This document shows positions 1 through 8,057 of a stretch of DNA of 35,893 nucleotides, piece by piece (within the stretch, counting starts at the first letter, position 1; each line of letters opens with the position of its first letter). The DNA is from Candidatus Limnocylindrales bacterium (GTDB lineage: Bacteria; Chloroflexota; Limnocylindria; Limnocylindrales; CSP1-4). The stretch covers positions 1-35,893 of the forward strand of contig DASQLS010000253.1 of NCBI GenBank assembly GCA_035629915.1, read 5' to 3'. A program made the translations under genes and the position numbers. Below the pieces are notes generated by a model, which did not search any database, had not been told where the DNA came from, and was given only the letters and a program-made list of their open reading frames with translations.

Positions 1-47
1 GATGGCATCGCCGGAGTCTACTGGGCGCGTTTGCCTATCATCGCTCG

Positions 48-914
48 ATGGCCGAACAGCTCACTCTTCTGACCGTCCACGCTCATCCCGACGACGAGAC
101 GATCTCGACCGGCGGCATCATGGCGCGCTACGCCGCCGAGGGCGTTCGCGTGGTGTGCGTCACGTGCACCGGCGGCGAGTACGGCGAGATCGTCGTGCCC
201 GAGCTCGACACGCCCGACAACCACGCGCGACTGGCCGAGATCAGACGCGAGGAGCTGAGTCGCGCCCTGGCCCATCTAGGCTCGATCGATTCGCGGATGC
301 TCGGCTTCGTCGATTCGGGAATGATGGGCACGCCCGAGAACGACCTGCCCGGCTCGTTCTGGACGGCAGACTTCGACGAAGCCGTCGAGCGACTCGTTGC
401 AATCGTGCGCGAGGTTCGGCCGCAGGTGGTCGTTGGCTACAACGAATTCGGCGGCTACGGCCACCCTGACCACATCCGTGCCGGGCTGATCGCCAAGGCC
501 GCCTTCGAGCGCTCCGCGGCCGGCCCGAATGCGCCATTGAAGCTGTACGAGACGGCGTCTTCGAACCGGCGCCGCGACGAGGTCATGCAACGGGCCGCGG
601 AGCGCGGCGTCAAGTCGTGGTGGGCGCCGGGCGAGAACGAAACGGATGACGAACGGCGCGAGCGGGAAGAGCACATGGCCAAGATGGAAGCCGCGCAGGG
701 GCCGGTCACCACGGTGATCGACGTGGCCGATTTCATCGCCGCGAAGTACGCCGCGCTGGGCGAGCACGTGACGCAACTGCCGCGCGACGGCTTTTTCCTG
801 GCACTCACCGCTGACGATTGGCGTGAGCTGATGCCGACCGAGGAATTCACGCTCAAAGAGTCGCGCATCGGCGTCCAACTGCCGGAGGACGATCTCTTCG
901 CCGGTCTGCGCTAG
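48..914 (+). CDS. mca: PIG-L/LmbE family deacetylase, mycothiol S-conjugate amidase (Mca)-like
   Basis: ORF 48..914. It carries the LmbE zinc-site motifs HAHPDDETI and GGYGHPDHIRAG. The N-terminus (VVCVTCTGGEYGEI) and C-terminus (PTEEFTLKESRI...LFAG) resemble mycobacterial Mca as I remember it. TATCAT lies 6 nt upstream of the ATG and there is no SD. Confidence 0.8.
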   Translation: MAEQLTLLTVHAHPDDETISTGGIMARYAAEGVRVVCVTCTGGEYGEIVVPELDTPDNHARLAEIRREELSRALAHLGSIDSRMLGFVDSGMMGTPENDLPGSFWTADFDEAVERLVAIVREVRPQVVVGYNEFGGYGHPDHIRAGLIAKAAFERSAAGPNAPLKLYETASSNRRRDEVMQRAAERGVKSWWAPGENETDDERREREEHMAKMEAAQGPVTTVIDVADFIAAKYAALGEHVTQLPRDGFFLALTADDWRELMPTEEFTLKESRIGVQLPEDDLFAGLR

Positions 915-935
915 GCGCTGTAGAGCGCCCCTGCG

Positions 936-2537
936 CTAGTAGTCCAGCAGCCCTCGCGAGCCGTCGCGCACCAGGTCGTAGGCGAACTGGCCGTCCGTGT
1001 CTGGATTGGCCAGGTTGGGCTGGGCATCGACGATCAGCGTCGTGTGCAGCCAGACCTGCTTGAGCTCCGATCCGTTGAAGGTCATCTCCGGCACGAGGCC
1101 CATCATCGTCGCCTGGCGGAAATCCTGGTCGAAGATGAAGTTGCCCATCGAGTACATGACCAGCTTGCCGTCGATGTCCTCCATGCCGCCCGGGAAGTGC
1201 GAATGGGCGCCGGTCACCAGGTCCGCGCCGGCCTCCATCCACTGCGCTGCCTGCTCGCGCTGGTAGGTTCGCGGCTTGGGGTAGTACTCGACGCCCCAGT
1301 GCGGGAAGACGATGACCACGTCGGCGTTCGGTCGGACGTCGCGGATGGCGCGGGCGACACTGCCGTCGTTGCAGCTCATTGACTGGACCCGATCCGGTGA
1401 AGGCTCGACGGCGCCCGGGCCGCGCACGCCGTTGCAGGCAAAGACCGCGACGGTCGTGCCGTTGGCCTCGATGATCGCCGGCGCGAAGACGTCATTGCCG
1501 GCGCCGGCGCCCGCGTGCGCGATCCCGAGCGAGTCGAGATGCTCGATCGCCGTCGTCAGGCCGCGCTCACCGGCGTCGCGACTGTGGTTGTTGGCTAGGG
1601 ACAGCATGTCGAAGCCGGCGTCGACGAAGGCCGGCAGCAGGCTCGCGTCGGAGGTGAACGTGAAGCCACTGTCGTGGAAGGGCGCGTCCTCCAGTACTGC
1701 CGTCTCGAGGTTGGCCATGGTGATGTCCGCGCCGGTCAGCAGCTCGCGCATCGCGCCGCCGTTGCCGGTGCGCTCGACGTCCGGGTATGGGTAGTTGTAG
1801 AAGGAGCAGCAGCGCACTCGCGTGACGCGCGCCGTGCCGCCATCGAACAGGTAGTTGGCGCCCTTTCCAAGGATCGTGGTCTGCTGCGCCACACCCCGGT
1901 CGAGCATGATGTCGCCCGCGGCGACCAGGGTCCACGAGGCAGACTGATCCCACGTCTCCGAGGACTGCACGGTTGCCAGCAACGGCCACTCGGCGTTCGT
2001 TTCGACCCGGTCGTTGCCGAACAGGTTCACGTTGTCGATTCCGAGCGCCCTGACCGACTGATCAACATCGGTCGCACGGAGGACGCCCAATACGCCCGCT
2101 TCGCGGACAGCGACCCTGACGTCGTCCGCCGTGGCGACGATCGCGGAAGCCGGCACAGACCAGCCAAGCGCGGCGGCGTCATCGGCGGTCAGGCGCACAT
2201 TGCCCGCGGTGGCGGAACTGCTCAGCTCGGCCATCGGAATCGACTCACGCGTCGACCAGAAGCTGACGACGGGAACGAAGGGCATCTCGACGGCCTGCGC
2301 CGGCGGCAACGTCGGCGTGGCCGTCGGCAGAGGGATTTCAGTCGGAGGAAGGGTTGGCTCGGTCGGTCCGGGTATGCCGGTCGGCGGGTCGGTCGGTGAC
2401 TCGGTCGCGCTGGGAGTCGAACCCGGGACCGTGGCGGCCGGCGTGGCCGTGACGGTCGGGCGTGGCGTAACGGTCGGAGTGGCGGAGCCGCAGCCAAGGG
2501 CGACGATGAGTGACAGGACGAGAATCGCCGCGGGCAT
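936..2537 (-). CDS. CapA/PGA_cap family (poly-gamma-glutamate synthesis-like) lipoprotein
   Basis: ORF 936..2651 trimmed to Met39 (cat at 2535-2537), because the upstream part overlaps tRNA-Asp. The trimmed N-terminus is a lipoprotein signal (LVLSLIVALGC). CapA motifs present: AAGDIMLDRGV, NLETAV, LANNHSRDAG, FPHWGVEYY, GAHSHFPGG, MGNFIFDQ. Confidence 0.85.
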   Translation of the reverse strand: MPAAILVLSLIVALGCGSATPTVTPRPTVTATPAATVPGSTPSATESPTDPPTGIPGPTEPTLPPTEIPLPTATPTLPPAQAVEMPFVPVVSFWSTRESIPMAELSSSATAGNVRLTADDAAALGWSVPASAIVATADDVRVAVREAGVLGVLRATDVDQSVRALGIDNVNLFGNDRVETNAEWPLLATVQSSETWDQSASWTLVAAGDIMLDRGVAQQTTILGKGANYLFDGGTARVTRVRCCSFYNYPYPDVERTGNGGAMRELLTGADITMANLETAVLEDAPFHDSGFTFTSDASLLPAFVDAGFDMLSLANNHSRDAGERGLTTAIEHLDSLGIAHAGAGAGNDVFAPAIIEANGTTVAVFACNGVRGPGAVEPSPDRVQSMSCNDGSVARAIRDVRPNADVVIVFPHWGVEYYPKPRTYQREQAAQWMEAGADLVTGAHSHFPGGMEDIDGKLVMYSMGNFIFDQDFRQATMMGLVPEMTFNGSELKQVWLHTTLIVDAQPNLANPDTDGQFAYDLVRDGSRGLLDY

Positions 2538-2598
2538 GCCGCGCGTCAGAGAACGGTTGATGCTTGTCCCCTCTGCGCCCCGAGCAACTGGCATGAAT

Positions 2599-2675
2599 TG
2601 GCGGACCCGACCGGATTCGAACCGGCGATCTCCAGCGTGACAGGCTGGCATGTTGGGCCGCTACACCACGGGTCC
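2599..2675 (-). tRNA. tRNA-Asp (anticodon GTC), CCA encoded
   Basis: Cloverleaf read by eye on the minus strand: GGACCCG-TG-GTGT-AGCGGCCCA-ACAT-G-CCAGC-CTGTCAC-GCTGG-AGATC-GCCGG-TTCGAAT-CCGGT-CGGGTCC-G-CCA. Confidence 0.9.
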
Positions 2676-2980
2676 GCGCGGACGCGAAGGATAGCAGTTT
2701 GGCCTGATCGCTCCCAACGGTGGGCCTGTCGTGCGTGAAACGCAAATCCCGTCCGCCAGGGAATGCGGGCCGCCTGCCTAACGTCGGTTTGGAGGCGTTT
2801 GGGCGGCAATGCTGACTGCCAGGTGCTCAGTTTCACCGCTGGCGCGGCGAGTCCCGCCTGATCAGGTCGTTCACCGGACGGGATTTGCACCCCATGCAAA
2901 GAGACGGCCCGACTAGGGCATGTTCCAAGGCGTACGACCGACTGCTCGCCCGCAGGTGCGCACTTATACTCGCCAGTCCC

Positions 2981-4090
2981 ATGCCCGACCGCCTGATCGA
3001 CCTGCGCTCCGATACCGTCACGCACCCGTCGCCCGAGATGCGCCGGGCGATGGCCGAGGCCGAAGTGGGCGACGACGTGTTCGGCGACGACCCGACGGTC
3101 AACGCGCTCGAGCAGCGCGCGGCCGAGATCACCGGCAAGGAAGCAGCGGTCTTCGTGACCAGCGGCACGATGGGCAACCTCGTCAGCCTGATGGCCCACG
3201 TTCCGCGTGGCGGAGAGATCATCGCCGGTGAGGGCTCGCACTCCTTCGCCCACGAAGCAGCCAACTTCGCGGTCGTCGTCGGCGCCTCGATGAAACTCCT
3301 GCCGTGGAACGACGAGGGCCGGATGGACCTTGGCGCGATCGACCGCGCGTGGCGCGACCCGAACGATGTGCACGAGCCGATCACCTCGCTGGTGACGCTC
3401 GAGAACACGCACGCCGACTCGATGGCCCAGCCACTTCCCGCCGAGTACATGAGCGCGGTTGGTCGACTGGCGCATCAGAAGGGCGTGCCACTTCACGTCG
3501 ACGGGGCGCGCATCTTCAACGCGTCGGTAGCTCTCGGCACTTCCGTTCGGGAGCTCGCCGCCGAGGCAGACTCGATGACCTTCTGCCTGTCCAAGGGTCT
3601 GGCCTGTCCGGTCGGCTCGGTAGTCGTCGGCAGCAAGGACTTCATCTGGCGCGCGCGCCGCGCACGAAAGCTGCTTGGCGGCGGCATGCGCCAGGCGGGC
3701 GTGCTCGCCGCGGCCGGCCTGATCGCGCTGCGCGACGGCCCGGCGGGAATGGTCGAGCGCCTCGCCGAGGATCACGTCAATGCACGTCGGCTGGCCGACG
3801 GCATCGCCAACCTGCCGGGCGTCACAAACCTCGACCCCGCCCGGGTGCGCACCGACTTCGTGTTCTTCGAGCTCGACCGAGGTGAGCTGCGTATGCCATT
3901 CCTCAAGGCACTCGAACGCGCGGGCGTGGCGATGATCGACTACCCGGGTGGCAACCGAATTCGCGCCGTCACCCACTACGGGATCACGGCGGCAGATGTC
4001 GATGCAGCAATTGATGCCACGCGGCGCGCGCTGGTCGAGGTCGGTCTGGCACCGGCGCCGGCAACGCCTGTCGCGGGTGGAGTGGCCTGA
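2981..4090 (+). CDS. ltaE: low-specificity L-threonine aldolase (PLP-dependent)
   Basis: ORF 2885..4090. The start is taken at the ATG at 2981 ([38 protein letters not shown]...A...[16 protein letters not shown]), a typical threonine aldolase N-terminus. TATACT lies 10 nt upstream of the ATG with no SD. Confidence 0.85.
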   Translation: MPDRLIDLRSDTVTHPSPEMRRAMAEAEVGDDVFGDDPTVNALEQRAAEITGKEAAVFVTSGTMGNLVSLMAHVPRGGEIIAGEGSHSFAHEAANFAVVVGASMKLLPWNDEGRMDLGAIDRAWRDPNDVHEPITSLVTLENTHADSMAQPLPAEYMSAVGRLAHQKGVPLHVDGARIFNASVALGTSVRELAAEADSMTFCLSKGLACPVGSVVVGSKDFIWRARRARKLLGGGMRQAGVLAAAGLIALRDGPAGMVERLAEDHVNARRLADGIANLPGVTNLDPARVRTDFVFFELDRGELRMPFLKALERAGVAMIDYPGGNRIRAVTHYGITAADVDAAIDATRRALVEVGLAPAPATPVAGGVA

Positions 4091-4094
4091 CGAG

Positions 4095-5777
4095 GTGACG
4101 ACCGAGCCCAGGCCCGGCGCGGCCGCAGCGCCGCCGCCGGTCACAGCCGCCGAGCAGCAGCTCGACGCTTTGCTGACCGAGCGCTTCTATGGCGTCGTCG
4201 AGCGCCATCCGGTCTTCGCCACGTACCTCGGCATTCACGACCACGACGACAAGCTTGGCGACGGGTCGCGTGAGGCGGTCCAGGGCGAGATCGATGAGGC
4301 GCGTGCCTTCCTCGGTCGGCTGGAGTCTGTGCCGGTCGGCGAGCTGTCGCCGTACTGGGCGCTCGAACGAGAGCTGGCCCAGTTCTCGACGCGGCGCCAC
4401 CTGTTCGACGACGACGTGCATCGCGTCTGGGAGCGCCGCGTGTCGGCGACCGACGAGATCGGCGACGGTGTGTTTCTGCTCTTTGCACGCGGCACACGGC
4501 CGCTGGCCGAGCGGCTCTCGGCCATCGCGTCGCGGCTCGAGGCCGGGCCGCAGCACATCGAGGAGCAGAAGTCGCGCTTGGGCCAGCGGCCGATGCGGCT
4601 GTGGAACGAGATGGAGCTCGACTCGGCCGAGTCGCTGCCGTCGTTGTTCGATGAGGTCATCGGCGCCTCGCGTGGCGAGCTCGGTGATGACCATGCCCAG
4701 ACGCGCCGGCTGGAACGCGCCGCGGCCGAGATGCGCACAGCCCTCGACGGCTACAAGGGCTGGATCCGGGAACGGCTGGCAGAGGCGAACGACGAGTTCG
4801 CGTTGGGCAGTGACGCTTACGACGAGCTGATCGGTCTGCGCGCCTTCGATGGCCTGACGGCCGACGACATCCTCGAGATCGGTGAGCAGCAGCTGGCCGA
4901 GAACAAGGCGGCACGTGCGCGAGCCGCGCAGGAGGTCGATCCGGCAGCGTCCGAGAACGAGGTCATCGATCGGATCAAGACGGACCACCCGGCCGATTTC
5001 GCGGCCGCGCTGGACAGCTACCGAACGGCGATGGGCGAGGCGCGCCAGTTCGTGATCGACCACGACATCGCGTCGATGCCGGCGGGCGAGACGCTGAGCG
5101 TCATCGAGACACCCGAATACCTGCGCAACGTGATGCCCTTCGCGGCCTACTTCAGCCCGCCCAAGTTCGAGTCGGGACCGAACCACGAGGGCATCTATAT
5201 CGTCACCGCGTCAGTCGATGGCGACCCACGGGCGATGCGCGAGCACAACATGGCCTCGATCTACAACACCAGCATCCACGAGGCCTACCCGGGGCACCAC
5301 CAACAGCTAGCGGCGGCGAACGAGAACCCGAGCCTGACCCGGATGCTCGTTGACGCGCCCGAGTTCGTGGAGGGCTGGGCGATGTACTGCGAGCTGATGA
5401 TGCGCGAGGAGGGCTTCGACACGTCGGCCGAGCATCGGCTGATGATGCACACCGACGCCATCTGGCGCGCGTGCCGGATCATCCTCGATGTCAAGCTCCA
5501 CCGCGGCCAGATAGGCGTCGGTGATGCGACCGACTTCATGGTCGAGCAGACCGGCTTCGAACGACCCAACGCCGCGGCCGAGGTCAGGCGCTACACCTAC
5601 ACGCCGAGCTACCAGCTGAGCTACCTGCTGGGCCGTGTGCTGCTGCTCCGGCTGCGCGAGGATGAGAAGCGCCGGCTCGGCGACAAGTTCTCACTGCGCA
5701 ACTTCCACGACGCGATGCTCCGCCAGGGCAGCCTGCCGATCAGCTTCCATCGCCGCATCCTCGCCGCCGAGGCGTGA
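4095..5777 (+). CDS. DUF885 family protein (putative metallopeptidase-like)
   Basis: ORF 3948..5777. The HEAYPGHHQQ motif and overall layout are typical of DUF885. The start is uncertain: in-frame GTGs at 4077 and 4095 straddle the ltaE stop (4088-4090), and the upstream part of the ORF overlaps ltaE. Confidence 0.75.
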   Translation: MTTEPRPGAAAAPPPVTAAEQQLDALLTERFYGVVERHPVFATYLGIHDHDDKLGDGSREAVQGEIDEARAFLGRLESVPVGELSPYWALERELAQFSTRRHLFDDDVHRVWERRVSATDEIGDGVFLLFARGTRPLAERLSAIASRLEAGPQHIEEQKSRLGQRPMRLWNEMELDSAESLPSLFDEVIGASRGELGDDHAQTRRLERAAAEMRTALDGYKGWIRERLAEANDEFALGSDAYDELIGLRAFDGLTADDILEIGEQQLAENKAARARAAQEVDPAASENEVIDRIKTDHPADFAAALDSYRTAMGEARQFVIDHDIASMPAGETLSVIETPEYLRNVMPFAAYFSPPKFESGPNHEGIYIVTASVDGDPRAMREHNMASIYNTSIHEAYPGHHQQLAAANENPSLTRMLVDAPEFVEGWAMYCELMMREEGFDTSAEHRLMMHTDAIWRACRIILDVKLHRGQIGVGDATDFMVEQTGFERPNAAAEVRRYTYTPSYQLSYLLGRVLLLRLREDEKRRLGDKFSLRNFHDAMLRQGSLPISFHRRILAAEA

Positions 5778-6505
5778 TGCAGATCGTTCCGAGTATCGAC
5801 CTCCAGAGTGGTCGGTCGCGGCTCGTCTTCTGGCCCGGCGCTTCAAGCGGCAGCGGCACGGCGACCGACCGGCCGGAGAAGATTGCCCAGCACTTCGTGA
5901 GTGTCGGAGCGAAGATGCTCCACCTGGTCGACCTCGATGGCGCAACTCGTGGCGCACCGGCCAACACGGACGTCATCCAGCGCATCTCGCGATCGGTGGC
6001 CGTGCCACTCCAGCTGGCCGGTGGCATCGATGGCCCGCGCCAGATCGAGCTCGCTTTCGCCTGTGGCGCCACGCGCGTGGTCGTGCCGCAATGGGTCGTC
6101 GCCGAATCGGTCCAGACGCTGCGCGATTGCCTCACCGTCGCCCGCGACTGGCTGGCGATCGGTATCGACGCCCGCGCCGACCGCCTCGCCGATCATTCAT
6201 GGCACGGGCCGCCGCCGACGTTCGAGACGCTGGTCGAGATGCTCGCCGGCGAGGGCGTCAGGCGGCTGGTCATCTCACACTGGACGCCGGCCGACCTGCC
6301 GCGCATCGGCGCCCTGGCGACCCGCCATGACATCGAGATCCAGCTCGCCGGCGGCGCTGCTGAGCCGGCCGCCGTCGATGCGGCACGAGCCGCCGGCGTA
6401 AACGGGTTGATCCTCGGCGAGGCACTATTCAGCGGCGCAATCGACTTCGGCGCCGCCCAAGACAACACCAAGCAAGCGACAGGAGCCCTGGCACTGAATG
6501 GCTAA
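5777..6505 (+). CDS. HisA/HisF-family (beta/alpha)8 barrel protein, divergent HisA-like
   Basis: MQIVPSIDLQSG, LHLVDLDGA, QLAGGIDG, AIGIDAR and GLILGEALFSG align with HisA landmarks, including both catalytic Asp positions. The ATG at 5777 overlaps the DUF885 TGA (gTGATG). Confidence 0.6.
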   Translation: MQIVPSIDLQSGRSRLVFWPGASSGSGTATDRPEKIAQHFVSVGAKMLHLVDLDGATRGAPANTDVIQRISRSVAVPLQLAGGIDGPRQIELAFACGATRVVVPQWVVAESVQTLRDCLTVARDWLAIGIDARADRLADHSWHGPPPTFETLVEMLAGEGVRRLVISHWTPADLPRIGALATRHDIEIQLAGGAAEPAAVDAARAAGVNGLILGEALFSGAIDFGAAQDNTKQATGALALNG

Positions 6506-7301
6506 GAAACGACGCTCGTCTCAACGACCGCACAGCCACGAGGCCACCAACCGGCCGGGCTTCTCACGCCGCCAGATGGCACCTCCGTCGTCACGCCGTT
6601 CGCCTTGGCCGATGATCATCGGCGGAGTAGTCGTTGTCGCCGTGGTCGTGATCGGCGCGGCCTGGCTGCTGGGCTTCATCCCCGGCAGCCGACCGGCCGC
6701 GACCGCGAGCCCCAGCCCCGGCGCGAGCGCAGGCCCGACTTTTGACAACAGCCTGCTTTCGCCACCTGAGGCCACGCCGCTCGCCAGCCCGCCGGCCGAG
6801 CCGGCCGGAGACGGCACCACGGCGACGATCGAGACCGAGCTGGGCAACATCGTGATCGAGCTCTATAACGAGTCGTCTCCGGTCGCGGCAGAGAACTTCG
6901 TCAATCTCGCCGAGGCTGGCTTCTACGACGGCGTGGGCTTCCACCGCATCATTCCCGACTTCATGATCCAGGGTGGCGACCCGAATGGCGACGGCAGCGG
7001 CGGGCCTGGCTACGAGATCCAGGACGACCCGGTCGTCGGCGACTACACGCGCGGTCAGGTCGCGATGGCGCGCCCGGCCGGGCAGGGCGGTGCGTTCATT
7101 CCCGATTCGCAGGGCTCGCAGTTCTTCATCATCGTCGCCGATTCGCCCCACCTCGCAGAAGGCGGATACTCGATCTTCGGCAACGTGATCGAAGGCATGG
7201 ACATCGTCGACGAGATTGTGGCCCAGCCCGCCGGTGGACCGAGAGGCGATGCCGCAATCGAGCCGGTGATCATGGAGACGGTCACAATTCAGGCTCCGTA
7301 G
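6498..7301 (+). CDS. cyclophilin-type peptidyl-prolyl cis-trans isomerase with N-terminal membrane anchor
   Basis: GFHRIIPDFMIQGGDP, GGPGY and FFII...HL.G.YSIFG are the cyclophilin signature. The N-terminal TM segment is PMIIGGVVVVAVVVIGAAWLLGF. There is an 8-nt overlap with the upstream gene. Confidence 0.9.
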   Translation: MAKKRRSSQRPHSHEATNRPGFSRRQMAPPSSRRSPWPMIIGGVVVVAVVVIGAAWLLGFIPGSRPAATASPSPGASAGPTFDNSLLSPPEATPLASPPAEPAGDGTTATIETELGNIVIELYNESSPVAAENFVNLAEAGFYDGVGFHRIIPDFMIQGGDPNGDGSGGPGYEIQDDPVVGDYTRGQVAMARPAGQGGAFIPDSQGSQFFIIVADSPHLAEGGYSIFGNVIEGMDIVDEIVAQPAGGPRGDAAIEPVIMETVTIQAP

Positions 7302-7590
7302 GGCTACGGAGACAGGCTGTGAATGGCCTGTGAAGGTGTTACGGAACCTTAACTATGCCCTACGAATAACCCCTTGAGCCGCCTTGAGGGGTCAGGTAAA
7401 CTGACATCGATGTCGCGTTTACGCGGCATAGCTGCCCCAGGCGCAAGGTCATGGGTAGGTTGGGTTAGGGTAGCCGGTGCAGCCGGCGTGATAGATGCCC
7501 TTGTGGCGTGGCAGGAGACCGGCAGCTTAGGTTGTCGGATCGGCCGGGACAGTGCGGCGACCCCTCTTCGGAGGGGTCGCTTCGTTTTAT
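7302..7590 (+). ncRNA. candidate structured small RNA or long structured 3' UTR (class not recognised)
   Basis: The spacer is AT-richer than its flanks and contains a chain of local hairpins, several of which need G-U pairs valid only on the plus strand. It ends in an intrinsic terminator and contains no credible ORF. Confidence 0.35.
7557..7589 (+). terminator. Rho-independent terminator (10-bp GC stem, UUCG loop, T-tract)
   Basis: gcgacccctc (7557-7566) / ttcg / gaggggtcgc (7571-7580), followed by ttcgtttta. The T-tract overlaps the stop codon (7587-7589) of the convergent acnX small-subunit gene. Confidence 0.75.
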
Positions 7591-8057
7591 ACCCGATTCT
7601 GCGATTTGCGTACGTCGACGCGACCCTCGCTGCTGATCGCTACCACGCTGCCCATGCTGATCCGCGCATGGGCTGAGCTTTCGAGCAGCACGATGGGCAT
7701 CGCCGTCCCGTCGAGCAGCTGGGCCACGAGGCCGCCGACGACGAGGATCTCGTCCGCCTCGAGCAGCACGATGGCCGCCGGCCCGGTGCCGGCACGAAGG
7801 CATTCGGCGAGAACGGTGCTCGACGATGACGAGCCGCGGCCGGCGCTCATGACCAGGACGCGGCCGGTGACGTTCAGGCCGTGCTGAGGGTGGCGATGAT
7901 CGATGATCTGGCCGGTTGTCGGCTCGACCCCACCCCAGAAGCTGAGCGGCTCGTCGAGAACCAGGGCCGCACCACTGGCGTCGCCCGCGAGCAGCACCCG
8001 GCTTTGAGCGGACCACGCCGCCGGCACGGTTGCTGCATCGATCGCGCGCTCAGCCAT
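7587..8057 (-). CDS. aconitase X swivel-domain subunit (DUF126)
   Basis: LDEPLSFWGGV.P.TG.I.D..HP, GRVLVMSAGRGSSSSS and AIVL.EADEILV are typical of DUF126/AcnX small subunits. There is an 8-nt overlap with the large subunit. Confidence 0.8.
   Translation of the reverse strand: MAERAIDAATVPAAWSAQSRVLLAGDASGAALVLDEPLSFWGGVEPTTGQIIDHRHPQHGLNVTGRVLVMSAGRGSSSSSTVLAECLRAGTGPAAIVLLEADEILVVGGLVAQLLDGTAMPIVLLESSAHARISMGSVVAISSEGRVDVRKSQNRV

Noticed and set aside
914-929. Small hairpin ggcgct/gtag/agcgcc between the convergent mca-like and CapA genes, considered as a bidirectional terminator.
   Set aside because: The stem is only 6 bp and there is no T-tract on either side. This is too weak to call as a feature, though it may contribute to termination.
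2538-2651. N-terminal 38 codons of the CapA ORF as listed in the ORF track.
   Set aside because: This part overlaps the tRNA-Asp gene on the same strand (2599-2675). Starting at Met39 gives a clean lipoprotein signal peptide instead.
2546-4144. Very long antisense ORFs. This 532-aa ORF is one; others are 3984..5186(-), 8281..9399(+), 10138..11562(+), 13736..15016(+), 17676..19067(-), 26595..27602(-) and 34135..35655(-).
   Set aside because: These are shadow ORFs typical of GC-rich DNA. Each lies opposite a gene with clear family motifs, and their translations are Arg/Ala/Gly/Pro-rich low-complexity strings with no recognisable domains.
7374-7676. 100-aa plus-strand ORF in the ppi/acnX spacer.
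   Set aside because: It uses rare codons, reads through a strong terminator hairpin, overlaps the 3' end of the convergent acnX small-subunit gene, and has no recognisable motif. The region is better explained as non-coding RNA.
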